A stretch of 64,000 nucleotides of DNA from Torpedo marmorata (lineage: Eukaryota), in assembly GCA_977017645.1 (NCBI GenBank), contig OZ360242.1:19964001-20028000 (forward strand). The letters run 5' to 3'. Below are positions 26,977-38,987 of the stretch, one piece after another. The notes under the pieces are model-generated. The model saw only the letters and a list, made by a program, of their open reading frames with translations, did no database searches and was not told the origin of the DNA. The translations under genes and the position numbers were made by a program. Each line of letters starts with the position of its first letter. The stretch's first letter is position 1.

Positions 26977-27051
26977 AAAGGAATCAATTCGGTAACTTTC
27001 CTGGATAAATTTGGTTTTTATTCCCTTAAGATTGCAAGTTTGAATGCTAAC

Positions 27052-28410
27052 TCTTTCCTGGACCCACCACATGTTGTGTTTGGAAAGTATCAGGTTCGGT
27101 GGGTTCACAGAGAGACGAGTCTGGACACAAGTGTTACAATCAAAGGTAACTTTATTGAAAACACAGGAGACAAACAGGGGAAGATGTCAAATGATACTTA
27201 ATTACTCTGCCATGAAACAACTATATAGATATTCACATCGGACCCAGGTTGGACTCCAATACCAGTGGCCGCCTATCTTCTACACACTCCCGCACATGTA
27301 CACACTTCACAGACAGGGACTTTCAAACACACTCCCGATTCCCTGTACAAACGGGGGTGCGGCTCTCTGCAAGCACTGATCTATCTCAGTACTATGGCTC
27401 AACTTAAGTGTAATGCACACCTTACCCGCGACTCCTCCAGCGATGTCCACAGTATCGACCTGGCATGGAGTGATGTCCGGGACTTGGACCAAGAGGCAGA
27501 GAGAAAGAAATGTGTCATGCATCGATGTTTTATTCTGTTCTGAGCTGGGCGTCTGGTCATGATGACAATGAGTTATTTAAATGAGCCAACAGTACGGTGT
27601 GCACTAATAGGTGGCTGGAGTCCAACCTTGGTTGGCAGGTGATGTGACTTCCAAATAAGTTTCAGACAGGGAGGTCACGTGACCATCTGCAATCCACAAT
27701 GTTCCAGACAGACAGGGAGGCCACGTGCTCCTCCACAATCCACATATAACAACACACTAATGGCATCGTGAAGAAAGCACGTCAGCACCTCTACTTCCTC
27801 AGAATTTTGCGGAGGTTCGGTATGACATCGGAAACCCTGGCAAATTTCTACAAATCTGTGGTGGAAAGTTTGTTGCCTGGTTGCATCATGGTCTGGAATG
27901 GAATCACCAATACCCCTGAGTGGAAAGCCCTGCAAAAGGTAGTGGACACAGCTCAGGACATCACAGGCAAAACCCTCCCCACCATCGAGAACATTAACAG
28001 GGAACGCTGCTGTCATAGTGCAGCAGCAATCATAAAGGATCCACACCATCCAGAATACGCTTTGTTCTCACTGCTACCATCAGAATATGTGATAAAAGAC
28101 TCACACCACCAGGTTCAGGAACAGCTGCTACCCCTCCACCATCAGACTCCTCAACAATAAACTCAATCAGATACTCATTTAAGGAGTCTTACTTTTGCAC
28201 TTTATTGATTTTTTTCTCTCTCTGTATTGCACAGTTTGTTTACATTTCTTTATTTATTTATGTGAATACGTATCTTCTTGAATCCAGTTTTTTGCACTAC
28301 CAATAAGTGGTAATTCTGCCTCGCCCGCAGGAAGAAGAATCTCAGGGTTGTACGAGATGTCATGTATGTACTCTGACAATAAATCTGAACTTTGAACTTT
28401 GCACTTTGAA
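27052..28410 (+). mobile_element. Rex1-clade LINE 3' fragment interrupted by a solo LTR
   Basis: CTTTCCTGGACCCA at 27052 resumes at 27752 (ACACACTAATGGCATCG); ORF 27768..28160; tail (GAACTTT)n. Confidence 0.85.
27072..27751. mobile_element. Probable solo LTR (about 680 bp)
   Basis: Termini TGTTG...TAACA, flanked by ccaca/acaca (5 bp TSD, 1 mismatch). It splits a Rex1 copy cleanly. AATAAA on the minus strand near 27150. Confidence 0.7.
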
Positions 28411-30979
28411 CTAATGTTTTGGGGTTATATTTTAAAAAGTAAAAGAATTCAGTGGAACAAATTCATTAACACTGCTTCCTCCATTGGAGAAATCCAGAAC
28501 AAAGAGACATTTTCCTAAGCTGGTCCATTTAATAATGAAATCAGAAAGCACCTCGGCACAGAAAAGGGAGTGGAAATCTAGAAATTATGCATCTAAAATG
28601 ACTGCATATGTTCAGCGTTTCAAAACTGAACTGGATAAATTTTGTTCAGCAAGTGAACCAAATGATAAAGAACAAAGGAGGTCAAAGAGCAGGAGTTCAG
28701 AGAAACCACTGTGCAAACTGAGCACTGGGATTGGTTTGGGGGACTGAAAGACCTTCTTCTTCCCTGTTTTCCTATTAGAGTCAATTACAGAAGAACAAGA
28801 TAGTCTTAAGTGCTGACTGTAATTTAAGGGCACTTTCACAATGCTAATGGATTATCCGAAGATCTATGTCAAAAAGATAATTTTAGTGTAGCAACATAAA
28901 ATGGTGAATCAACATTGCAAACAATTTAAGTTTTAGAAAGATAGAAGGCAGGTCACGATGTGTCAGAAGTGCACAATTCATCAACCTCATACATGCCCTT
29001 CTTAAGACCCATGATATTTTTCTTGCAGACAATGACTGATTTGTTATGCATTTTCAAAATTTTTAATTTCACTTTAAATACCCAGAATGTGAATTTCTTT
29101 GTACTTAATTGTGCTACAAAATGTATTGCTTTCAAAACACCTTCTTTCAACTTTTATTATGATTACCGGTATTAACTTGTCCATGTTCAACTCTGTCAAT
29201 AAGAAGTCATTTAACACCGGTTACACATCAACATTAAGTTCATTGACAACGGTAGAAAGCCTGGTGGTTCTTTGGTAAGTTTGAATTGACAAAACTATTT
29301 ACTGATCATTATGCTATTTTTCTTGCACAGTACAGGAAATATAAGTTACGATTTCAAAATTAAAGTGTAGTACACACTGCAGAAGGAAGCTTTACTGACA
29401 ATATAATTAATTTTCAATCAATAGTTTGAAATTAATGATTTTTGTACAATAGCTTCAAGAAAAACATTGCCAATTTAATGCCCTGATTAGAAAACATGAC
29501 AATTGCATGAATTCTATTTATTTCATAATGTGCTCAAAGGCCAAAAGACTTACCTTCAAACACACATAGCATTAGCATTTTTACTGCAACATTTGTACCC
29601 ATTAAATGTATAAGTCTGCATTCACGCATTCCATGTGTCCTTTTGAAGCCGGATTCTAACCCAGGTCAATGGCCATTCATTTGCCATTGGCTGATGGGTT
29701 CCACCCACTGTTTGCCATTATAGCTCTTCAGTTTTGACTACAAAATGTTCTCAAACAAGTTTAAATCCTTTATTTGCAAGGCCTCGTTGACGTCATTCTC
29801 CTTAGCAGTACACTTATGTTTTTACACTTATGTTTTAATCTTTATTAATTCTGCTGGTCCATTCTTCACAAATGTCAAAAGGTACTATGATCTATTTATA
29901 GATTAGTGGTACAGAAATGCAGACATTTTAACAACAGACTTAGCCAAAGATTTACATTGTTATTTTGATGTCGATCTACTTGTGAAGTTTTCCATTTTTA
30001 ATTGATTACATAAAAATTCTTTTACTTCATGGGCATCTCTTCAAACTTATTTAATCAATATTACCTATCTTCATGCGTAAACCAAAGCTGATTAAATAAT
30101 TCAGAAATGTAATTGTATGCTCTGCATAGTTTGCACTGTCAATGTGATATTGTAGCACCAATGCCTGTTTAACAATGACAGCATTAACACCCTTAATGTA
30201 TGAAGAATATCCACATAAGTAAAGTGCATTCATCAATGGCACATCACCATGCTGCCAAGGTCATTCCTTCCTGTTGTAAGCACTATGATGATGCAAGCAG
30301 CTTTGGCAACCCCAGACATGAGGCCAACAGTATCTTATTTCCAATCATTACCCAGTGATTCTTGTTAAAAACAAATTTCTTTATTTGCATTAGTGTGTGT
30401 GTGAGGGGGGGGGCGGTGGGGTGGTTGCGGGTGGGAGGGTTTCATGTTAAAGCACTTCATATGATCAATATCATGCAAAATTCAGAATTAACCCACATAC
30501 AGAGATATAAGCACAAGTAAAGCAACACCTGCATTTACATAGAACCTTTCATTTCCCTTTCAGGACATCTCAAACTGCTTGCTAGGTAATGAAGAACTTT
30601 TGATGTATAGTGCTGTCATAATGTAGAAGCAGCAGGGAATTTTCACAAACTATACTCCCATGAATTGGAATGTAATGATCAATTCATCCATTCTTTAGTG
30701 TCATCAAGTAAGGGATAAACATTACCCAGTGCACTGGGAATATTTTTCCGGCTTTTCTTAAAAACAGTACACCGAAGAGGGCTGATTATGGCTTAATACC
30801 TTGTACCTAAGCCTGTCCCATTTGCTTGTGTTTGGCCCATATCCCTTGAAATGTTTCTGCCCCATGTACCTCTCTAAATATCTTTTAAACATTATAAGTG
30901 TTACCCAGATAATGGCGCATGCTGTTTATAGATTTTGGACATTGGCTTCACCTCACACTTTTGGAGATATTTTTGGGAA

Positions 30980-31600
30980 CCTTCATCAGTGCTGGGTGAA
31001 TCTGTAATAGAATATTGCTGCTCTACATCGACATCAGTAGCACAATCATTAACAATGACGGGGAAACAGAAAACTTCCCAATCAAATCTTGTGTTGGGTA
31101 AGACTGCCCTGTCATCCGTTAATTGGGAACCTCTCTGATTCCCAATTAACCTTTGGAATGTACAATTGCCAAGAATGTTTGGAAAGAGATGCAGTGGTCT
31201 TTGGTGAGGATCATCCCCAACAGCTGTGTAACACAGGGCTCTGTAGTCTAGAGACTGTACTCAGGGACCCACCGCAAAGACTAACATCAACTGCTGCTGG
31301 AAGATTAACATCTCAGTCAAAGATGCACGTCCATCTACCTGAAACTTGCTGACCTTAAAGTGGAAAGACTGGCTCATTCCAAGGTGAAGGATGGACTGAA
31401 GCTTGGTGCTGCCACAACAGAGGTTCCATGGGGAAAGGCTAGAGTTTAAGACCCTTCCGCCACTGTACACAGAGGGGATGAAGCTGTGTAATAATATCTT
31501 ATTGCTCTCGGAATGTATGTGAAAAAAATGATGTCATACTGATATAATGTAAGCCTTGTAAATAAATGGACTGATGTGTCTTATACAGTGAATAGCAAAA
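30980..31600 (+). mobile_element. Tx1-clade LINE 3' fragment
   Basis: AKNVWKEMQWSL.RIIPNSCVTQ...NINCCWKI..SVKDA across frames. Confidence 0.7.
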
Positions 31601-32109
31601 TAAAAAAATGTGCTATGTTACTTACATATATGCATATGTTATAAATATATTTTTGGATTTAAAAAAGATGCAAGACAATATTTTCTCTAAAGTTGTCAAT
31701 AAAGAGACATTACATTGCTGGCAAACAAAAAAAAACATTTGTGTTTTATAGGGAAATAAACTATACAAATATTCAAAGGTTATAAAAGAACTTAAGTAGA
31801 TAGGAGGACTCCCCAGGACCTTTGGAGCATGAAGAAGCCTGAGGAAGAGAAACAGGCAGCCAGGGTGAATCCTCTTTTGGACTTTCTAATCTTGACCTCA
31901 TATGATATCTATATTTTTGTCAACAAGGTGATCAACTACAGCTGTGATATTTTATTAAAACAAAAAATGACACCGATTCAAACAACGGTGACAAAGTTGA
32001 TCAAAATCCTTATGACACACCTCTTTAAATAATAACTTTCTTGTCCTCAATAGTTTATCTCGGTTGTCTTTTACTTCCTAGTGTCAGCCCTGCTAGCCCA
32101 GCACACGTC

Positions 32110-32980
32110 AGGATAACTGTCTTATGAAGCAAGGTTGACCTTTTTGGAGTGACAAAGGATGAGCAGAGACTTAATAGAGGTAAAAACACAAATGCTGGAG
32201 AAGCTCAGCAGGTCAAACAGTGTCCTTTATGTAGCAAAGGTAGAAATACATAACCGACGTTTTGGGCTTGAGCCCTTCATCAAAGTATGAGAAAATACCG
32301 GCAGGCGTCCGAACAAAAGAGTGAGGGGGGGGGAAGGGGGTGGCAAAGGCAGGAGATGATAGGTGGAGAAAGGAGGGAGGGGACAGCAGCAATGAGGGGG
32401 GAGGAGGGATGGCTGGGTGGGTGGAAAAACTGGAAGGACAGGGAAGGGGGGAGGGGAAGGAAAAGGTGAGCAGGTTTAGTGGAAAGCAGAAAAGTCAATG
32501 TTCATGCCATCTGGCTGGAGAGTGCCAACACGGAAAATAAGGTGTTGTCCTCCAATTTGCAGGTGGTCTGGGTGGGATAGTACATAAGGCCATGGACAGA
32601 CATGTGAGTGTGGGAGTGTGACTTGGAATTGAAATGGTTGGCTACTGGGAGGGCGCTGTTGTTGCAGACAGAGAGGAGGTGCTCAGCGAAGCGATCTCCC
32701 AATCTATGACCGGTCTCTCCGATGTAGAGAATGTCACATTAGAGGTAAGAGAGGTATATAAGATTATGAGGGGCTTAGATAGGGTGGACAGCCAGTACCT
32801 TTTTCCCAGGGCGACAATAGCATCTGTTTAAGGTGAGTGGAGGAATGTTTAGGGGATATTTATATATATATTTTACGCAGAGTAGTAGGTGCCTGGAATG
32901 CATTGCTGGGGTTATGGTAGAGGGTGGTACAATTGGGGACATTGAAAGGATCTGTTCTGTGCTGTATCGTTCTAAGTTCT
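32110..32980 (+). mobile_element. CR1 3' fragment split by Penelope
   Basis: DLIE | EVYKIMRGLDRVDSQYLFPR. Confidence 0.75.
32183..32738 (-). mobile_element. Penelope-like element 3' fragment (GIY-YIG C-terminus plus terminal repeat)
   Basis: GDRFAEHLLSV...LPVANHFNS..HSHTHMSVHGL...KLE, followed by the TTGATGAAGGGCTCAAGCCC terminal repeat. Flanked by TAGAGGTA repeats inside a CR1 copy. Confidence 0.85.
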
Positions 32981-34491
32981 AAAACAAGTTCCAATGTATG
33001 TTGAGACCATGCCTCTTTGCATCTGAGCATATTTACCAAGTAAAAAAAGTTAATAAACATCCAGAAATTGCCAATATAATACTGCACAGCTCAAAATGTT
33101 GATTTGTCTGGTCTCTTCACAGATTCTGAGCCCGGCTCCAGTATTTGGGGGGCTTTTCACACCATTCTTGTGATTAGCCCAAAATGGCCTTTAATTAAAA
33201 AAAAATGTTTTGGGATCATTTCAGGCACATTTTAATCAAGGCGTTTAACCAGTTGGATCATTGAGACTTTCTTCTTCCTCCGAGCACCCCTCCTTTGGTA
33301 CACTGCTTAAAACTACTTACTGTACATCAACCCACCAAGCTTTTCGACACCAGTTCAAACATGGCCTTATATGACTCAGTCATTGTTGTCACGCGTGTAC
33401 GTTGATGCTTCATCTCAATACTGGCGTTAATTTTAGTCGTGGGCATTTCCAGTGAAACCTGTCACCGCTGGGAAGTGAAATAACAGGTCGGTCATCTCTG
33501 ATCGCCACAGCAGTTCTCAAAATTGTTTACCTGACCACTCATAGCAGGCAGAATATTTCCTTTGCAGCGTCAGTGAATTGAATTGGAATGATTATAAATA
33601 TATCAGAAAACACTTTTATGGCGCTGAGCATTGCGTTTTGCTTTGAAGTGAACGACAGTCTGAGCGAACGCTGCAGGTAAAGGATACACTCAGAATAATC
33701 GCTGGACGCGCCCCGAACCAATAATACATCCGGAAGGAGAGGAAAATTAGTTCTTATCTTGACCCATAAACGTTAACTTCATTTTACACGTCTATCTTAC
33801 ATGTACACACAGAAAACTCTTGTAGTTCACCGGTTAGGCACAATGACTCCAATAAAGTCATAAAGTGAATTGTAATCGATGCATATTCTGAAAATTGTGA
33901 ACGAGCCGCCTGGGTTAATTCCGAGAGACTTAATTACTCTACCACACCTGTACAAAAAATCAGAAACTTCAAGGAATAAAGGCTCCCTCTATTTTCTCAG
34001 ATGATTCTAAATCGTTATCTAATTGGATTATTTAAAAGGTATGAATTGTTTTAAAAGCGTTTTGGGTCGTTCCGAAAACGGCAGAGAGAATAACTCCACG
34101 GGACATGACACAACCACCGAGGATTTCCTGCAGCTCTTTCATTTCAGGTTCACATGCACCACCATGACCGAGAGATTTGATTTGCCCGCTTATAAATATC
34201 TTGACAGCGATTGCAACCATTGTTCTGTGGTTATGATAAGGCCAAAATTCAGCGACCTCTGACTGTAGGGGAGGATAGAGATTCTGGTCGTTTTGTGCGC
34301 GAAGAGTCGCTTGGGTAGAAAACTCAGTCCTCATTCTAAAGAATCAGGAAGATACAGATACTTCAAAACAACAGGAAGTTTTTGCAAGTTTTTTAAAGGT
34401 GACTAGGGATGAAATTTATTGAAAGAGCGACTCTTTAAAAACTTTCTTTAAAGTCTTTAACACTGGTCTGATTGTCAAGGCGACTTATTTA

Positions 34492-34965
34492 ACACACACA
34501 CACACACAGACAGATACACACTCACAGATAATACACACACACAGATATACACACACACAGATATACACACACACAGATATATACACACAGATATATACAC
34601 ACACACAGATATATACACACACACAGGTAAACACGAAAATCTGTAGACACCGTGGTTAGAGTAAAAAACACAAATGCTGGAGAAACTCAGCAGGTCAAAC
34701 AGTGTCTTTTATGTAGCAAAGGAAGAAATACATAACCGACGTTTCGGGCTTGAGCCCTTCATCAAAGTGTTGAAGAAGGGCTCAAGCCCGAAACGTCGGT
34801 TATGTATTTCTTCCTTTGCTACATAAAAGACACTGTTTGACCTGCTGAGTTTCTCCAGCATTTGTGTTTTTTACTATACACACACACAGATACACACACA
34901 GATATACACACAGATATACACACACAGATATACACAGATACACACACAGATATATACACACACGC
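34492..34965. repeat. (AC)n/ACAGAT(AT) compound microsatellite split by the Penelope palindrome
   Basis: Visible directly at 34492-34626 and 34877-34965. Confidence 0.9.
34628..34876. mobile_element. Palindromic Penelope terminal-repeat dimer
   Basis: About 100 bp essentially perfect inverted arms (about 34660-34760 and 34775-34875), inserted in an (AC)n/ACAGAT microsatellite. Confidence 0.85.
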
Positions 34966-35509
34966 ATACTTTCTTCGAGGGTGCAGGCGGCAGGTTTTAT
35001 CAGCTGGTTAAACTCCAGAAGGAACAGATCGGCTGGCGGAAGTCGGGAGACCGCCAGCCATGCACATCGATTTGGGTGTTCAACAGCTAAAATCTATTCT
35101 GTGTTGACAATAACTTGAGATTTGGCTGTTATGTAAAAGAAATGTTAAAACTCAGCAGAACAAAATTAAAGAGGGCGCACACGCTTCCTTTAACTACTGA
35201 ATATACATCAATTTCACTTGCAACCTTTCATTTTAGAGAAACCTGCATAATCCTATTTAGAAGAATCCCAGTTCAACCCGCTCAGTTCGTCGAGTGTTGC
35301 CAGATGACTGCAGTTGTTTGTGGAGAACTCTAAACGCCGCTTTCACGGAACTGCAATTTAATCTAAAACCAGAGCAGCCGCATTTCTAAATTCGTTAACT
35401 TCCATCGCTCGTTTTGCTTCCTGCAGAACTGAGGTAATTCATCTTCCCCCAATCTCATTCAGGGTACTCTTGAGGTGCCACTGGACACACTAAGTATAAC
35501 AATTCAAGA

Positions 35510-35679
35510 GTTAACACGAAAATCTGTAGACACCGTGGTTGAAGTAAAAAACACAAATGCATTTTCTCATACTTTGATGAAGGGCTCAAGCCTGAAACGT
35601 CGGTTATGTATTTCTACCTTTGCTACATAAAAGACACTGTTTGACCTGCTGAGTTTCTCCAGCTTTTGTGTTTTTTATT
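35510..35679. mobile_element. Short inverted Penelope terminal-repeat insertion
   Basis: 15 bp TSD TATAACAATTCAAGA at 35495-35509 and 35680-35694; contains TTGATGAAGGGCTCAAGCCTGAAACGTC. Confidence 0.85.
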
Positions 35680-38600
35680 TATAACAATTCAAGACGATGA
35701 CATCGAACTTGGAATTGTTTTTGGACACAGGTAAAGTGCGGGAGCGCGCTCGATCTTCAGACGTGTGATGAAGTGTGGACGGGTGGGGTCGGGGTTTGGA
35801 TGTGCAGACTTTCGTGTTTCTCTTGGATTCTTTAATGATGTGTTGACTCCGCATCAAATCGGAAAGCAGCAGAGCCCAATTCACTGTGACATTGGCCAGT
35901 CCCCTTGCTGTTTCAACAAAGTTCTATGCTTTAATTTCAGGACCGCACTTTGAAGTTGTTAATGATTATCCTGCAACTGTTTTTCAAATAAACAGGAATC
36001 GGAGACGCTTTAGATGTCCCGTGGTTTTCCATATTAGTTTTGTAACCACAGGTGGCACATTTACACTTTATCACCCTTCCATGGTACGTGGAAGTGAAGC
36101 TCTATGCTTTGTTCAATGGCTTCTAACAGGCCTGTTTTATTGCCTGCGCTGAGTACTTTTTTGTTTAGTTAGTGTCTCAGGGTGGGGTATTTTTCAGCAA
36201 AATAATTACAAGGAACCCCCTTTCTCACTTTCACTGGCATTTCCGCCGAGCCCAATGTTTACTTCTCTTATTCCGCCTGCCCTCCGCTCACCAAACTCCT
36301 CCCATCTTACCCACTCCCCTGCTGCCACCCCAGGCTCCAACTTACCGAGATGGCCAACCCAACATCATCCCCTCCCCCTACTCCGAGGCAAGATCAGTTC
36401 CACCCGCCTTCCCTCTTGCCGACTCTGACTCACCGACTCCCTCGGATCCCAGAACACCTGGTCGACAGAACTTTGGACCATTGATTAAGAATTCAGGATT
36501 TGGCCCCGACTACGAAAACTGCAAGCGTTTACATAAGGTCTGGCATTTGCAAGGGAGGTGGGTAGGGCAATGGTAGCCACGAATCCACCGTTCTGTTGTG
36601 AAAACTGTTTAGTTCTCTAATGCCCTACAGAAAAAGAAATCTGCCATTCCCCTCAGATCTGGAGATATAAGATTCCAGCCCCAATAATGTGGTAGACACT
36701 TGACTGTTCTTCAGTTCAGGGACAGTTCCGGTTGTAGATTGGATGTCAACATCCTGTGAGCCAATTTGACATACACACACACACAGATATAGTGTGTATG
36801 TATGTATGTATATATATAAACAATTATGTTTGTAAACTAGACCACATTCTAGAGCTGATTGAACACTAGCGTCTGGAACAAGACTAGTCAATAGTGGAAG
36901 CATTGAGCAGGTCAAGCACCAGCTGTGGAATGAGAAACAGTGGTAATGACCCTTCCAGTGGATATAGGCTCTTGACATCATAATGCAGGTGAGTCACCCA
37001 TCCCATCAGAAATATGTGCCTTAATCTGAGAATCAAAGTGTATGGAAATATAAAATATTTGTGAGATAAAAAAATACCAACATTACTTGATGCAATGATT
37101 CCAGGACCTGTCACAAATGGAGCCAGGTGAACAGAGAGGAGAGTGGATGCATGAGGATATCAGTGGTGATTGAATGAAGACAGGAGAGAACGAGTTAGAG
37201 GTTAGGAGGCAGGAATCTCTGAAGCAGGAGAAATACTGTACATTTTATGAAGATGGAAAACTGAGGAAAGAGATGGGAAAAGGATAGATAATGCAAGAGT
37301 GGAAAAGTTATGTGTGTTATGTCTGTATGTGTGTGTGTACTGTTTTGCACCGTGGACTGGAAAACGCTGTTTCGTCGGGTTATACTGCTACAATCGGATG
37401 ATAAATAAACTTAAACTTGGAAAAGAAAATTTGAAAAGGGGGCCAAGAAGATTCAGGGGGGTTAGTAAATTCTGGTCATAATGAAAAAGGCACCATTGGC
37501 AACAATGATAACAGCTTTACTTTCATTGGACAGTTCAGCATCAAATTCTAAACTCTTGGTAATGAGTTATGGAGTGGTCTCTTTCAGGAGGAACACTGTC
37601 AAATTTTGAAGAGATGTGAGAAATAGGTCAATAGGCAAATAGTTAATGTAACGACAGCTGATTGATTGAAAAGTGAGAGGAAAAGTGTTTAAATAAATTG
37701 ACAGTAAGCTTTGCAGACAAAAAATCTTTGCATGGGAAGAGAAGAGAGATAATCTATGGAATAATAATCTGTTAGTGGGTTGTAGAAATGCTGAACTTTG
37801 ATTAAAATTTTGCCAGTGAGAGAACAGTAGGGTTAGGACAACAGAGATCGTTGGGGGCCAAGAAAGTGTGCTTCTGCTCTTCAACGTAATTTTGAATACC
37901 TGAAAGTTAGCCTGTGAATTGTGCACCGGACATATTAAGTTGTGAGCAACAAAGGGGCTGATCTGATGGAGATAGAATTATGGATATTCCCATCCTTGCA
38001 TTAAATATGTAAATTGGTTATGTAAGAAAGTATAAACTGATTATCTACTAATTGGTAATATACCTGTTTATATATTATTACGCTTTAACTGATTGGGGCA
38101 GAGCAGGGCACATGATCTTAAACAACATAAGACCAGGAACAGATGGGATGCTAGACAGTTCTTTGCTGGAGAACAATGAACTTACAGGATACATTACCAC
38201 TTAGTATGGAAGCTGCTAACTCTTTTGTGTCATTTAAAGAAGGTGCTGGTACAGGAGTAGCTCAATGCAGTGATTTATTACATGGGAGGTAAGTGGCTTT
38301 ATTTATAATACATGGTCCATGTGATCTTTTGTATTGATGAGGAGGGCAGGGTTTTTCATAGTAGCTTTTCATCACTTTATTTTTATCTTTTCCAGGCTGC
38401 AGGGTAATGATAAGAATTGTTTTGGTAGACTTTAAATTGTTTTGGTCGACTTTGCCAATAGCAGGGAAGGTTCAACAGATCAAATGGTCGTTTTTTGGCC
38501 CATCAAAATTCTGTTGTCATAATAATCTCTATGCTCTCATGCTACTTTCAAAGTTCTCCCTAGAGCATTTGTCAAATATGGCAGTCTATGATGTCTCGGC

Positions 38601-38987
38601 CACTGATACACAATTAGACATTGCAAAGGACTTCCTTTATGTGTGCTAAAAACAACTTCAAAGAGCCAGCAGTGGCTTCAGCACTTTGTCAGTGTGAGCT
38701 GTCTTACCCAAGAGGAGAGGAGCTCACGGATGAAATCCATACGGACAAATAACATACTTTCAAGAATCGAATAAACTTCCAGTTCCTCAATAGATTTTGT
38801 TGCCGCCTTCACTTAATTGTTTTAGTAACCAAATCACAGGTTGCTGAATATATTGAAAATGAACAAAAATTGAGGTCTCAAACTATAATTCAACAGTTGG
38901 TTTCCTCAGCTACAATCTGATCAACAGCAGCGAGTGACTGCAGTTGATTTTACACACATAATTTTGTCATGTGACTAACGTCCACCC

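Larger units (their letters stand above)
33390..36500 (+). promoter_or_regulatory. Second CpG-rich region, possible promoter or first non-coding exon
   Basis: Elevated CpG in non-repeat DNA; ETS-like GGCGGAAGT at about 35035; CAG|GTAAAG donors after 33676 and 35730. Confidence 0.35.

Noticed and set aside
34032-34334. ORF as an exon of ANTKMT or FBXL16
   Set aside because: No resemblance to either protein as I recall them.
34492-34965. CRISPR-like or coding repeat (THRY)n
   Set aside because: Simple microsatellite in eukaryotic DNA; no spacers.
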